Shown piece by piece: positions 45,658 to 56,657 of a stretch of 64,000 nt of DNA. Each line of letters opens with the position of its first letter. The first letter of the stretch is position 1. A program made the translations under genes and the position numbers. This stretch comes from Minisyncoccia bacterium. Its GTDB lineage: Bacteria; Patescibacteriota; Minisyncoccia; Phycocordibacterales; UBA918. The stretch lies in assembly GCA_046293175.1 (NCBI GenBank), contig JBKBPM010000002.1, forward strand, positions 83,176 to 147,175. The letters run 5' to 3'. A model generated the notes under the pieces. It made no database searches and had not been told where the DNA came from. It was given only the letters and a program-made list of their open reading frames with translations.

Positions 45658-47181
45658 ATGTCTATCGCGCGCCTCTATACGGTTCAACCAACAGTGACCG
45701 GTGGGCATGTGATTTCTATTGAAGCTGATATTTCCCGTGGTCTCCATGCATTTTCAATCGTTGGACTAGCTGGGAAAGCAATAGAAGAAGCAAAAGATCG
45801 TGTTTCTGCTGCTATCAAATATAGTGGGTATCCGGCACCAAAATCACAAAATCACAAAATTGTGATGTCCTTAGCACCAGCCGACCTTAAGAAAGAAGGG
45901 CCACTGTTTGACCTCCCATTAGCACTGGCGTACCTCATTGCCCTTGATGAGATACTCATGGATGACACACGGCGTATTTTTGTTGGTGAACTTGGTCTTG
46001 ATGGGAGCCTTAAACCCATTCGTGGCGTCATTAATATGGTAAGTGCGGCCAAAGCAGCCGGTTTTAGTGAAATATTTGTACCGGCAGAAAATGCCCGTGA
46101 AGCGGCGTGTATTTCAGGAATCACCGTCTTTGGAGCTACGGACTTGGCGGCTGTTATTAGTCATGTAAATATCAAAAGTACCGAACGACACTATCTCACC
46201 GCAAAGCCACTCTCCACACTCGATGAGTCATGGACAGATACAGCGGTAAAACTTGAAGATATTAAAGGGCAAGAAAGTGCAAAGCGTGCCCTCCTCATTG
46301 CTGCCGCTGGGCGACATAATGTCATTATGGTTGGACCACCAGGAACTGGTAAAACCATGTTGGCACGAGCGTTTCAAAGTATTCTCCCACCACTCACCAG
46401 AGAAGAAGCTTTGGCAGTTGCCATGATTCGTTCGATTGCCGGCGAAACAACTGACCTTCTCACCACAAAGCCTCCGTTTCGTACCCCACACCATACCGCC
46501 TCACATACCGCGCTGGTTGGTGGTGGTACTAATCCGCGACCAGGAGAAGTAACCTTAGCCCATTTGGGCGTATTGTTTATGGATGAGTTTCCAGAATTCG
46601 ATCGACGGAGTATTGATGCACTACGTCAGCCACTTGAGGATCGGGTAGTAAGTATTTCTCGGGTGCAGGGTACCGCACTCTTTCCAGCTGATATCATACT
46701 CATAGCCGCTATGAACCCGTATCGAGGTAGTGAGGATGGAACTACCGATCTCGCACGGGCGATGCAGCAAACTTACAAAGATAAAATCTCTGGCCCGATC
46801 CTTGATCGTATTGATCTCTGGATTGAAGTACCCCATGTATCATACGAGACACTGGCAGGCAAAACACGTCACGACCACGAAACCAGAGATGCTCGTAGAC
46901 TCATCAAAGCAGCTCGCCTCCGGCAGGCCAATCGTCTGTCTGAGCGAGGTATTTCTACTAACGCCAGTATGACCAGTCGAGATATTGAAGATACAATTAC
47001 ATTAAATAGTGAGGTTGAGACATTACTCAAATCATCGGCCACCAAACTTAACCTGTCACCACGGAGTTACCATCGCTTGATTAAAGTGGCGCAAACTATT
47101 GCTGATATCGAAGGGGTGGAAACCATCAGTACAGATCATCTCCTTGAGGCATTGCAATACCGGGTCCGTCTAAGCATATAA
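45658..47181 (+). CDS. comM: YifB/ComM-family Mg-chelatase-like AAA+ ATPase
   Basis: Walker A VIMVGPPGTGKTM, Walker B LFMDEFPEF, an N-terminal Lon-like domain, 507 aa. Confidence 0.85.
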   Translation: MSIARLYTVQPTVTGGHVISIEADISRGLHAFSIVGLAGKAIEEAKDRVSAAIKYSGYPAPKSQNHKIVMSLAPADLKKEGPLFDLPLALAYLIALDEILMDDTRRIFVGELGLDGSLKPIRGVINMVSAAKAAGFSEIFVPAENAREAACISGITVFGATDLAAVISHVNIKSTERHYLTAKPLSTLDESWTDTAVKLEDIKGQESAKRALLIAAAGRHNVIMVGPPGTGKTMLARAFQSILPPLTREEALAVAMIRSIAGETTDLLTTKPPFRTPHHTASHTALVGGGTNPRPGEVTLAHLGVLFMDEFPEFDRRSIDALRQPLEDRVVSISRVQGTALFPADIILIAAMNPYRGSEDGTTDLARAMQQTYKDKISGPILDRIDLWIEVPHVSYETLAGKTRHDHETRDARRLIKAARLRQANRLSERGISTNASMTSRDIEDTITLNSEVETLLKSSATKLNLSPRSYHRLIKVAQTIADIEGVETISTDHLLEALQYRVRLSI

Positions 47182-47322
47182 CAGGCTCTATTACACCCTG
47201 AGCAAATCACGTATTGAACAACCTTTACCCGAAAGTGAGGGGTTTGCTCACAAAGGTTTTTTAATTCAAATAGATATGAAGACAAGCAAAGCCACTACAG
47301 TATTGTGTTTTATGGCTTGAGA

Positions 47323-48369
47323 TTAAAATGGATTGCGTCCTCCACGCACCTCAAAGTGTAAGTGTGGACCGGTTGATTTTCCGGTGTTTCCAAGTGCACC
47401 AATGGTTTCACCAGTGGCCACAACATCACCAACACCAACGGCATTACTTGAAAGGTGTGCGTAGAATGTTTGTGTACCGTTAGCATGTTTGATAACCACA
47501 TATTGACCATACCCACCATTCCAACCTGAACTCTTTGAGACAATTACCTCTCCACCTAAAGCTGCACGAACCGGAGAACCAACTGAACCACCGAAGTCAA
47601 CACCGTTATATCCATGAATACCCTGAGTTTTAATAGTGCCTGGTGCAGGATGTACGAAACTGCCTGTACCCTTACTGCCGCCACCTTTACTACTGATTGT
47701 TGGTTTCTTGGCTACAGTAGCATGAAGGGCGCCACCAGGCACAATAATAGTTTCACCAACAGTTAACACTGAACCTTTCTCAAGTTGATTGTATGAAGCC
47801 ACTTCATCAGTATTGGCTTCATACTTCTTGGCAATTGAGGCGATAGTGTCGCCTGACTTCACGACGTGACGAACGCCAGCAATCGGAAGAATAATCAGCG
47901 TGTCACCTGGTTTAATTGCTTTAGCGTTTGGCAAGTCATTAGCCCATAAAATAGTGTTAGCAGTTACATCGAACATCTCAGCAATCATTGAGAGAGAATC
48001 TCCTTCACGAACAGTATAGACACTGATTTCACCACTACTTTGCTTCTTTTCACTCAGTTCATCTTTACCAATCGGTCCTGAAGAAACTAAAGTTCCTTCA
48101 CTGACTATCACATCGGCACCACCTCGTGAGCTACTTGGATCTGGATTAGTGGCTGCAGCCAAAAGCGGGGTATCAAGCACTGTCGTCATAGTCACCACTT
48201 CTGGGGTGGATAGGGTACTGGTGGCATCAGTACCACCAAAAAACGGAAAAACACCTGCCTGAACAGAAAAAGGCACCACCACAATAAGGAGACCAACGAG
48301 TATTTCAAGCGAACGGCCAAGGGCCGATGGAGTATAGTATGACGTCACCGAACGGGCTACAGTTTGCAC
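47323..48369 (-). CDS. LysM-domain M23 family peptidoglycan metalloendopeptidase
   Basis: Two LysM repeats (YTVREGDSLSMIA..., VVKSGDTIASIAKKY...) and the M23 core GYGQYVVIKHANGTQTFYAHL...GPHLHFEV. Confidence 0.8.
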   Translation of the reverse strand: MQTVARSVTSYYTPSALGRSLEILVGLLIVVVPFSVQAGVFPFFGGTDATSTLSTPEVVTMTTVLDTPLLAAATNPDPSSSRGGADVIVSEGTLVSSGPIGKDELSEKKQSSGEISVYTVREGDSLSMIAEMFDVTANTILWANDLPNAKAIKPGDTLIILPIAGVRHVVKSGDTIASIAKKYEANTDEVASYNQLEKGSVLTVGETIIVPGGALHATVAKKPTISSKGGGSKGTGSFVHPAPGTIKTQGIHGYNGVDFGGSVGSPVRAALGGEVIVSKSSGWNGGYGQYVVIKHANGTQTFYAHLSSNAVGVGDVVATGETIGALGNTGKSTGPHLHFEVRGGRNPF

Positions 48370-48685
48370 TCGTACCGATGAGTTTTTAATAAAACGTTGA
48401 ATAAGGTAATGCTTATGGACTCGCCGCCTTGTTACTACTATTACGGAAAAACTGAAATCCTGGGAAGTCTTAACCAGACTTCAGGATAGGGCACCAAGCA
48501 AACAGGTGCACGTGAGGATTATTTTACTAGATCGAGAAAAAGGGGCAATTGACTGTGTCAGGTTTCTGGGGTATCGGACAGAAGAAAGTAAACGACAACT
48601 GAATATATAGCTATTTTTTGACTAGACAATCATAATTATTTATTATGTATTACGTAATGAGGGTCTATGGTATAGTACTCGCACT

Positions 48686-50647
48686 ATGGAATCACGACCG
48701 TATCTGGAAACATTAAACAACGCTCAAAAAAATGCCGTTACGCACATAGCAGGACCACTATTGGTGCTGGCAGGCGCCGGATCAGGTAAAACCCGGGTAA
48801 TTACCCACCGCATCGTGCATCTCATCCACGAGGGAGTACGACCAAATAACATCTTAGCAGTAACCTTTACAAACAAGGCCGCAAAGGAGATGTGGGAACG
48901 CGTCATGGCACTGATGAATGAATATAGTCCGTCAGCGAGAGCCTCAGCTGACGCTCTCCCGACCGTCACCACCTTCCACTCGTTTGGGGTACGAGTTCTA
49001 CGAGAGTTCCACGATGTCCTTGGATTACGTCGTCACTTCACTATCTATGATCGTAGCGATAGTGTCCGCGCAGTGAAGATGGCAATTGAACGGGCTAACT
49101 ATAACCCGAAAGAATTTGAGCCACGTACCATTCTCGGAAAAATTTCTCGTGCCAAAGGGGACGCTGTAAGTGTGCAGAGTTTTAAAGATAACGCGAACTC
49201 CTATCCCGACCGGGTAGCAGCAGAGGTATGGGTAAAGTATGAAGAAATTCTCACCACTGAAGACGCACTTGATTTTGATGACCTACTCGTGAAGACCTTA
49301 ATACTCTTGCGCGATTACACACCCGTGCGCGAATCACTTATCTCGCGCTATCACTACATCCATATCGATGAATACCAAGATACTAATCGGGTGCAATTTG
49401 AGATTGCCCGACTGTTAGCTGGTGATACGGGGCACATTTGCGCTGTAGGGGATATTGATCAGAACATCTATTCTTGGCGCGGTGCGGACATTAAAAACGT
49501 TTTACAGTTTGAACGCTTTTTCCCAAAAGCTGAGACCATCCTCCTTGAAGAAAATTATCGTTCGACCAAAAATATCATTGGCGCCGCCAATGATATCATC
49601 ACTAAAAATAAAAACCGCATCGAAAAAAATGTGTTTACCACCAATGAAGAGGGTGAAAAAATCACACTATACGCAGCTATGAATGGAGGGGACGAGGCTG
49701 AATATATTGCACGAACAGCCAACAAATTAATCGGTGAGGGAGTCTCACCAAGTAGTATTGCGGTGTTGTACCGAACAAACTTTCAGTCACGCGCCCTTGA
49801 AGAAGCGTTTTTGAATTATGGGGTGAGCTACCAGCTCTTGGGTACCAAGTTTTATGAACGTAAAGAAATCAAAGATGTCCTCTCGTACCTTCGCCTCGCC
49901 ATGAACCCCGGAAGTACGGCCGATTTGGCGCGGATTATTAATGAACCAGCCCGTGGGATTGGTAAAGTAACCATGCTCAAGGTGATTGAAGGGAGACGGA
50001 GTGACCTCACCGGCGCAGCTTTAGAGAAAGTGACTCGCTTTGATGATATGATGATGGATATTGCAGCTGAGGCTAAGACTAAAAAACTTTCGTCAACACT
50101 CAAATTTATTATTGCTCGTACTGGTATGGAAACCGAATTCAAAAAGAGCGGTACGGACGAAGATCTCTCCCGTCTTGAGAACCTTCGTGAACTCGTCTCC
50201 ATCGCTACTCGTTATGATGATATGGACAACGAAGCCGGCATCGAAGCATTTATTGAAACGGTTGCTCTCCAGAGTGACCAGGACGAACTGAAAGACAAAA
50301 GTGAACAAGACGCGGTGCGACTCATGACGGTACATGCCGCGAAAGGTCTAGAGTTCCCGTACGTATTTATAGCCGGGCTTGAAGAGGGGCTCTTCCCACA
50401 TGAGCGCCTCGATGATAGTGGAATTGACCACGAGGAGGAACGACGTCTGTTTTATGTCGCTCTCACACGGGCGGAAAAAAAGATTTACCTTACCTACGCC
50501 CATATGCGAACGATATACGGTAGCCAACGAATTAATGTTCCCTCGAATTTCCTCAATGATATTAGTCGGGAATATGTTGAGAGCGCTAACCCGAAGGGTT
50601 GGGGGAGTAGTTCATCGGGTTACGAAACCACCATTTTCCTTGACTAA
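48686..50647 (+). CDS. uvrD: ATP-dependent DNA helicase UvrD/PcrA
   Basis: Walker A LAGAGSGKTRVITHR, motifs II-VI, 653 aa. Confidence 0.9.
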   Translation: MESRPYLETLNNAQKNAVTHIAGPLLVLAGAGSGKTRVITHRIVHLIHEGVRPNNILAVTFTNKAAKEMWERVMALMNEYSPSARASADALPTVTTFHSFGVRVLREFHDVLGLRRHFTIYDRSDSVRAVKMAIERANYNPKEFEPRTILGKISRAKGDAVSVQSFKDNANSYPDRVAAEVWVKYEEILTTEDALDFDDLLVKTLILLRDYTPVRESLISRYHYIHIDEYQDTNRVQFEIARLLAGDTGHICAVGDIDQNIYSWRGADIKNVLQFERFFPKAETILLEENYRSTKNIIGAANDIITKNKNRIEKNVFTTNEEGEKITLYAAMNGGDEAEYIARTANKLIGEGVSPSSIAVLYRTNFQSRALEEAFLNYGVSYQLLGTKFYERKEIKDVLSYLRLAMNPGSTADLARIINEPARGIGKVTMLKVIEGRRSDLTGAALEKVTRFDDMMMDIAAEAKTKKLSSTLKFIIARTGMETEFKKSGTDEDLSRLENLRELVSIATRYDDMDNEAGIEAFIETVALQSDQDELKDKSEQDAVRLMTVHAAKGLEFPYVFIAGLEEGLFPHERLDDSGIDHEEERRLFYVALTRAEKKIYLTYAHMRTIYGSQRINVPSNFLNDISREYVESANPKGWGSSSSGYETTIFLD

Positions 50648-50807
50648 AAACACAATATTTGACCCCATCTTCTTTGTTGTCTTCGTCAAAGAACCGTTCA
50701 ACGTACAAGTAGTACGCCTCACGCTTCTTTAACTCGACGCCGAGAATCTGGGGCCATCTATTGCGTTTTAGTAACTCAAATTATTGTAAATAAATATTTA
50801 TCTTTTC

Positions 50808-51680
50808 TTGGATAATTTAAGGTTGCGAAACCTAAGTTTTACCGCTATGCTCACGGTAATGACTACTCGAGATGACGAGACTAAAGAAGGTTTTGCGCAC
50901 AAAAAGTCCTTGGGGCAGAATTTTTTGACGACCCCGGTGGTTCCGAATTGGATGTGTGAAGCCGGCGGGGTGACAGCAGGGGACATAATCATTGAAATTG
51001 GCCCCGGGACTGGTGCATTGACCCGGGCCTTGCTGCAACGTGGCGCTACTGTCTACGCTATTGAGACCGATGAACGGGCGGTGGCGGTTCTCAAAGAGAC
51101 ATTTGAGTCTGAAATTAGAGCCAGACAGCTATATCTTATATATGATGATGTGCGGACATTTGATTTTGGAACCCTCGGGGTAACTACAAAACCCTATAAA
51201 ATAGTGGCCAATATCCCATATTACCTCTCGGGTTTTCTCCTGCGACATTGTCTTGAACTACCAAAACCACCAACCACCCTGGTATTTTTGATGCAAAAAG
51301 AGGTGGTTGAACGTATTACGAGAGATAAAAAGAGCTCATTATTATCTTTGTCGGTTCTCGTCTACGGCATACCAAAGTATTTTAAGACCGTCTCTCGCGG
51401 CCATTTTAAGCCTGCACCAAACGTCGATTCAGCGATTCTCGCTATTCATAACATTTCTCATGTTGAACTACCGACAAAGTCTGATCGTGAAGCTTTTTTT
51501 ACCCTTCTCCATGCCGGCCTCGGGCAGCGCCGCAAGCAACTCCTTGGGACACTCACCAATCTTTATCCGCGTGACATCCTTGAACGTATCTTTACCGAAC
51601 TTAAGTTACCACTTACTGTTCGTGGTGAAGACTTACCAATCAAGACCTGGCTTGCCCTATTTCGTACACTACAACAGTAG
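50808..51680 (+). CDS. rsmA: 16S rRNA (adenine1518/1519-N6)-dimethyltransferase
   Basis: KSLGQNFL and IIEIGPGTGALTRAL (SAM motif I). Confidence 0.85.
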   Translation: MDNLRLRNLSFTAMLTVMTTRDDETKEGFAHKKSLGQNFLTTPVVPNWMCEAGGVTAGDIIIEIGPGTGALTRALLQRGATVYAIETDERAVAVLKETFESEIRARQLYLIYDDVRTFDFGTLGVTTKPYKIVANIPYYLSGFLLRHCLELPKPPTTLVFLMQKEVVERITRDKKSSLLSLSVLVYGIPKYFKTVSRGHFKPAPNVDSAILAIHNISHVELPTKSDREAFFTLLHAGLGQRRKQLLGTLTNLYPRDILERIFTELKLPLTVRGEDLPIKTWLALFRTLQQ

Positions 51681-51751
51681 CAAAAGTATGCCCCATACAC
51701 AGGGAAGGGGATCGAAGTATCAAATCTGTTGCTATACTGTATTTGTAGTCT

Positions 51752-52651
51752 ATGGAACGATTCCATATTAATAAAAAAGTATTAGGCGCCACGCTAGTCG
51801 GTGGAGCTTTGGTGTGTGGTGCATTTGTTCTTAATAACCTACGCACCAGTCAAGAACCAATTGCCGCTGCAGTAGAACCGGTACAACAGATTGACACCAC
51901 CTTGGGTGACCGCACCTTCATCCCCGTGAGTGACACAAACAATGACGGAGTGGAAGATTGGCGAGAAGAATTCGTAGTACAAGCACCCATTGAATTACCT
52001 GCCACAGGGACCCCGGTTGCTTTTACTATGCCGACCACGATCACTGACCAAGTTGGTATCCAAGTATTTGAGTCATTACTTAAAAACAAAGCTAGTGTTC
52101 AATTCACTCAATCAAACGAAGAAATTGTTAGTCGTACTACCGACAAAGTAAAGAGCCTAGCCAAAGATACACTGTATACGCGCGAGAGTATTACGGTCGT
52201 ACCAACTGAACCGGTTGCCATTCGCCGCTACGCCAATATGATGGGACAAAGTCTCATCACCAATAATGTCACAGGTTCAGAAGGGGAACTGGAGATTGTG
52301 TATACTGCGCTCCAAACCAATCGACAAGAAGATCTCAAAAAACTCGTGCCTTTGGCCGAAATGTATAAGAAGCTCCGTGATGATGCGCTTGCTGCCCCTG
52401 TCCCTGAACGTTTTGCCGAAGACCACCTCAATCTTATCAATGCGTATCATGCCATGTACCGCAATATTAGTGATTTCCAACTTATTTTTGACGATCCGCT
52501 CGTTGCCCTGTTACGCATCAAACGCTACCAGGATGACGCGACCGCGCTCGCTCTCATCCTCAACGCTATGTATCGTAACGCGGCACCATTTCAGTCACTC
52601 TTTACTGAGGATGATCCTGCCACGGTATTTTTAGCCTTTAGTATTAATTAA
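51752..52651 (+). CDS. Hypothetical membrane-anchored / secreted protein
   Basis: Signal-anchor VLGATLVGGALVCGAFVL, 299 aa. Confidence 0.4.
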   Translation: MERFHINKKVLGATLVGGALVCGAFVLNNLRTSQEPIAAAVEPVQQIDTTLGDRTFIPVSDTNNDGVEDWREEFVVQAPIELPATGTPVAFTMPTTITDQVGIQVFESLLKNKASVQFTQSNEEIVSRTTDKVKSLAKDTLYTRESITVVPTEPVAIRRYANMMGQSLITNNVTGSEGELEIVYTALQTNRQEDLKKLVPLAEMYKKLRDDALAAPVPERFAEDHLNLINAYHAMYRNISDFQLIFDDPLVALLRIKRYQDDATALALILNAMYRNAAPFQSLFTEDDPATVFLAFSIN

Positions 52652-52661
52652 TAGTATCACC

Positions 52662-54170
52662 ATGTCACTGTTACTTGCCAAAGCACGTTCACTTCTCATA
52701 GTCATTTTGATTGTGAGTATTGCCACTGTTGCCGTTCCCTATGATGATGCCCTCGCTGGAGGCGGTCTTAGTGGCGACTACTCAGAACGCACCGGTCAAC
52801 GCGCCTTACAACAACAACGAATTACAGCGGTACAAGGGACAGTGACTGCCGCGAATACCGGAGCAACCGCCTTGGCTACCGGGAACCTCTTCGTAAAGGA
52901 AAACCTCCTTGATGGTATCGCTTGGGCGGTCGCGAAGCAGATGGTGAGTAACATCACTCGCAGTCTCATCAATTGGATCAACTCTGGCTTCCAGGGTAGC
53001 CCTGCTTTTGTGACCGACTTCAAGCAGATGCTGCTTGATGCCCTTGATCAAGTAGCTGGTGAATATATTCGCAGCCTCGGTGGACTCGGAGAATTCATTT
53101 GTTCACCCTTCCAACTCGATGTCCAGGCCGCCCTGTCTATCAACTATGCCCAGGCCCGCAGCGGTAATCCGTCTGGTCCAAATGAAAACCTTTGTACCCT
53201 CACCGGTATTGCCTCGAATATTGAAAACTTCCTCTCCGGTACGGCCGACAACTGGGGGCAGTGGCTTGATGTGACGGCCAATCCGCAGAATACGCCATAT
53301 GGTGCCTACATTGCTGCTGAAGCTGCGCTTAACATCCGTCTTAGGAACGAAGCTGGGCAAGAAATTGAAGTGGCAAGGTGGGGTGACGGATTCCTCTCAA
53401 AAAAAGTCTGTCAGGCGATTGAAGGTACAACTCGTGAAGACTGTAAAATCACCACTCCTGGTCAAGTCATTAGTGAAGCACTAACCTTCCAGCTTTCAAC
53501 CGGTCCGCGCACCCTGATTGAAGCCGATGAAATAAACGAACTTATCGGGGCCCTCCTTAATCAATTAGTGTTACAAGTAGTCCAAGGACTCAATGGTCTG
53601 CTTGGTCTTAGTGAAAGTGGCTATGGCGGCGGTAGTGGGTCGTTCCTCGATGCGGTAGTAGACGAAGGCGCTAATTTAGTTGATTACACCCCGTACAAGC
53701 GTGAGATGGATGAAGCGCTCGCCCGTGAAATCAGCATGCTCACTTTAATTGATCGCGCCCTTGATTCTGCCTCAACTAGTGCTACAAGCACCTTATCGGC
53801 AGAGGAACAACGTGTTCTTAATGAAGCCACCAGTATTGTGAACCGCGTTTCAAATAACCTAGCGCAGCTTACCGTGCTGATTAACCGCTACAACGGCGCC
53901 TCAACCACGGCCGCAGCCCGAATCGCTTCTTCATCAGCTACCGCCACTACTACCGACAATCGTCCAACTAATGTACTTGGAAACCGCATCAGCACAGGTA
54001 CCGGAGGGGGCGGCAACCTCAATGCCGAAATCAATCGCATCCGCCAAGAAGTCGTCCTCGATTACCTAGCTCTCAAGAGTAGTGGTACCCTCACAACCCA
54101 AGCGTTTATTAATCAAAAGCGAACCGAGTGGCAAGCGGTTATATACCCATACGGAGAAGGACAGTTGTAG
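52662..54170 (+). CDS. Secreted hypothetical protein; first gene of the T4SS-like cluster
   Basis: Signal peptide LLIVILIVSIATVAVP, 502 aa, its start is 10 nt after the previous stop. Confidence 0.4.
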   Translation: MSLLLAKARSLLIVILIVSIATVAVPYDDALAGGGLSGDYSERTGQRALQQQRITAVQGTVTAANTGATALATGNLFVKENLLDGIAWAVAKQMVSNITRSLINWINSGFQGSPAFVTDFKQMLLDALDQVAGEYIRSLGGLGEFICSPFQLDVQAALSINYAQARSGNPSGPNENLCTLTGIASNIENFLSGTADNWGQWLDVTANPQNTPYGAYIAAEAALNIRLRNEAGQEIEVARWGDGFLSKKVCQAIEGTTREDCKITTPGQVISEALTFQLSTGPRTLIEADEINELIGALLNQLVLQVVQGLNGLLGLSESGYGGGSGSFLDAVVDEGANLVDYTPYKREMDEALAREISMLTLIDRALDSASTSATSTLSAEEQRVLNEATSIVNRVSNNLAQLTVLINRYNGASTTAAARIASSSATATTTDNRPTNVLGNRISTGTGGGGNLNAEINRIRQEVVLDYLALKSSGTLTTQAFINQKRTEWQAVIYPYGEGQL

Positions 54171-54324
54171 TTCTGTAGCATCACTCGCTACCGAGATCTA
54201 AAAATCGACAACACATCCGCGCCTACAGCGCGGATGTGTTGTAGTGTTTATTTGATTTAATTAATCACCACATTTTTGGTTTTTTCAAAAGACAGAGTGA
54301 ACACGACAATGGTATGATAGCGGT

Positions 54325-56652
54325 ATGTTGGAGGGAATGGTCCCGTGTTTCAGACGTGCGCTTGTGGTCGCGCTCATTCTCTGTGCCTTTTTTGTAACTA
54401 TACAATATGCACAAGCACAAGCAGTTACCCCCTCGCCAGTTGATGGGGAGGGAGGAGGGCTTAGTGGCGGTGGAGGTGGTGGAAGTATTCCAATCACTGG
54501 AGGACCATTTAATGGTCCTGGACCTGTCCCAAATGGTTCGATTAACCCGGTGACCGGCGCACCCATTAGTGGCAATGGTGCTAGTGGGGGAGGTGGAAAT
54601 GATGCTGGTGGATTTAATAATCCCGGGCAACAAACTACCCAAACCGTGGAAACTCCACCTATTATCGTCCAAGACGGCGCTAGTTGTTGGAGTTCACCAC
54701 AAGGTTTTTTCCACTGTATTGCCACAGCCTTTTTTGGAACATTTGTCGCTATTGCAGGTTATGCCTTTGATTGGTCAATTCAATTATTTATTACCCAGTT
54801 TGGGCAGATGTACCTTACCTACGGTGTCGGGGCAGTAGTTGAGGGAACTTGGGGTACGGTCCGTGATATCTTCAACCTAACCTTTATCTTTGGGCTCGTT
54901 TATATCGGATTCCAAATTATTCTTGGCGTAAACGAAAGTAGTGCTAAGCGCACCATTCCACTTCTCATTGTAGCCGCACTGCTCGTCAACTTCAGTCTTT
55001 TTATTGTGAAGTTTGTAGTTGATTTTGCCAACTTGGCTGCACTTCAAATTTATAACCTCTTTAGCGCTGCTAACACCCTCAATGCTGGTGGTGGACAAGC
55101 AAGTCCAGGCACCATTGTGGACATTTTAGGTGGTGATACACCGAGTATTGCTCTTGCATTTATCAATACTATAGGAGTCACCAGTCTTCTTAGTCATAAC
55201 CCAAGTGCCGGAGTGGCCGATGGCGTACCTCTCTTCTACACCTTTGGGATGATTGTGGTCTTTTTGGTCCTTATCTACGTATTTTTTGCGGCAGCTATCC
55301 TTATTACCATCCGCTTTGCGGCCCTGACGTTCTACATGATCTTTTCACCCATCATGTTCCTGGGGTGGGTCTTCCCGGGTATGAAGTCCTACAGTGACAA
55401 GTTCTGGAGCGGTCTTTTTGGACAAGCGTTTTTTGCTCCGGCCCTCCTTTTCATGTTGTATATCACATACCAACTCTCGGCTGGTTTGGCGGGTCCAAAT
55501 CGCGTTGACGGACGAGTATTCGAAAACCAAGCCAACGCCCTTGGCTTTGCCCAGTTCATTCCGTACCTAGTTCTCATTGTTGTCTTCCTCATGGCCTCAC
55601 TTATCGTCGCCAAAAAGATGGCGAACCAAGGTGCCAGTATGGTAGGGAAGGTCAATGACTGGGCAGTCAGCAAGGCTGGACTGGCCGCCGGTGGTATGAC
55701 TGCTGGACTTATGGCCCGAGCGGGACGAAATACTATCGGGGCTGCAGCCTACGGGATACAAAATAGTGAAGGTTTTAAAGAATTTGCAGCACGCAATGGT
55801 AGATTTGGTAAAATGATGTATTCCGGAGTTGGTAAAGTAGCTGACAGTAGCTTTGATGCGAGGAAAGTCGGTGGTGCTGGTAAATTAATGGGTGTTGGTG
55901 AGGGACGTAAAGGGGGAATTGCTACCATCACCAAGGACAACAAGGAATCTGATGAAAAATTTCTTAAAGCCATCGGTACGCGGGAGTGGACTAAGGGTAA
56001 GTTTGAGGATAGCGATGAAGGCATTAGGTTAAAATCAAACATTACGGCCATCGAACAAAGTATGGCAGGTGTTACAGACCAACAGAAACTTGACCAGATG
56101 AAAAGCGAACTGGTGGCCGCTACAAAAGCGTACGTTGCTGGTAGCAAAAAATGGGATTCAGAGGAATCACAACACATATATGGTCGTCAGCTTAGCTATA
56201 TTGAAAATATGGAACGCTGGCAAAAAGTCTATGGTGCTACTGCAAAAGCAGCTGGTGTAGCTAGTGCTGGTATTATTGCTGGTGTAGCCACTGGTGGATT
56301 AGGTTGGGCAGCAGCTGCTGGTGCTGGTGTAGCCGCTGGAGGCAGCACCTATGCAGCAGGTAAAAGTACTTGGTATAAATCTCGAAATGAAGCGGCTGCA
56401 CTTCGTAAAGATTATGGTGCTGATGGAAGTAAGAAGAAGAAAGCTGATCAAAAGAAAAAGGCTCAAGAAGAAGCTGCCGCAGCCCTTGGGCTTAAAAAGG
56501 AAGAAGAAGATCATGGTAAAAAAGATAAGGTGAAGGAGGATCATGGTAAAAAAGATGATCATCACTCAACACCTAAAGCAGCTGCTTCAGCACCAAAAGC
56601 GGCACCAAGTGGTGGTGGAGGCGGTCATAATAATCATGGTGGTGGCCATTAA
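54325..56652 (+). CDS. VirB6/TrbL-like polytopic T4SS membrane protein (putative)
   Basis: Signal peptide, Gly-rich linker, six or more TM helices, lysine-rich low-complexity C-terminal tail; sits next to the PrgI-like and VirB4 genes. Confidence 0.45.
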   Translation: MLEGMVPCFRRALVVALILCAFFVTIQYAQAQAVTPSPVDGEGGGLSGGGGGGSIPITGGPFNGPGPVPNGSINPVTGAPISGNGASGGGGNDAGGFNNPGQQTTQTVETPPIIVQDGASCWSSPQGFFHCIATAFFGTFVAIAGYAFDWSIQLFITQFGQMYLTYGVGAVVEGTWGTVRDIFNLTFIFGLVYIGFQIILGVNESSAKRTIPLLIVAALLVNFSLFIVKFVVDFANLAALQIYNLFSAANTLNAGGGQASPGTIVDILGGDTPSIALAFINTIGVTSLLSHNPSAGVADGVPLFYTFGMIVVFLVLIYVFFAAAILITIRFAALTFYMIFSPIMFLGWVFPGMKSYSDKFWSGLFGQAFFAPALLFMLYITYQLSAGLAGPNRVDGRVFENQANALGFAQFIPYLVLIVVFLMASLIVAKKMANQGASMVGKVNDWAVSKAGLAAGGMTAGLMARAGRNTIGAAAYGIQNSEGFKEFAARNGRFGKMMYSGVGKVADSSFDARKVGGAGKLMGVGEGRKGGIATITKDNKESDEKFLKAIGTREWTKGKFEDSDEGIRLKSNITAIEQSMAGVTDQQKLDQMKSELVAATKAYVAGSKKWDSEESQHIYGRQLSYIENMERWQKVYGATAKAAGVASAGIIAGVATGGLGWAAAAGAGVAAGGSTYAAGKSTWYKSRNEAAALRKDYGADGSKKKKADQKKKAQEEAAAALGLKKEEEDHGKKDKVKEDHGKKDDHHSTPKAAASAPKAAPSGGGGGHNNHGGGH

Positions 56653-56657
56653 AAAAT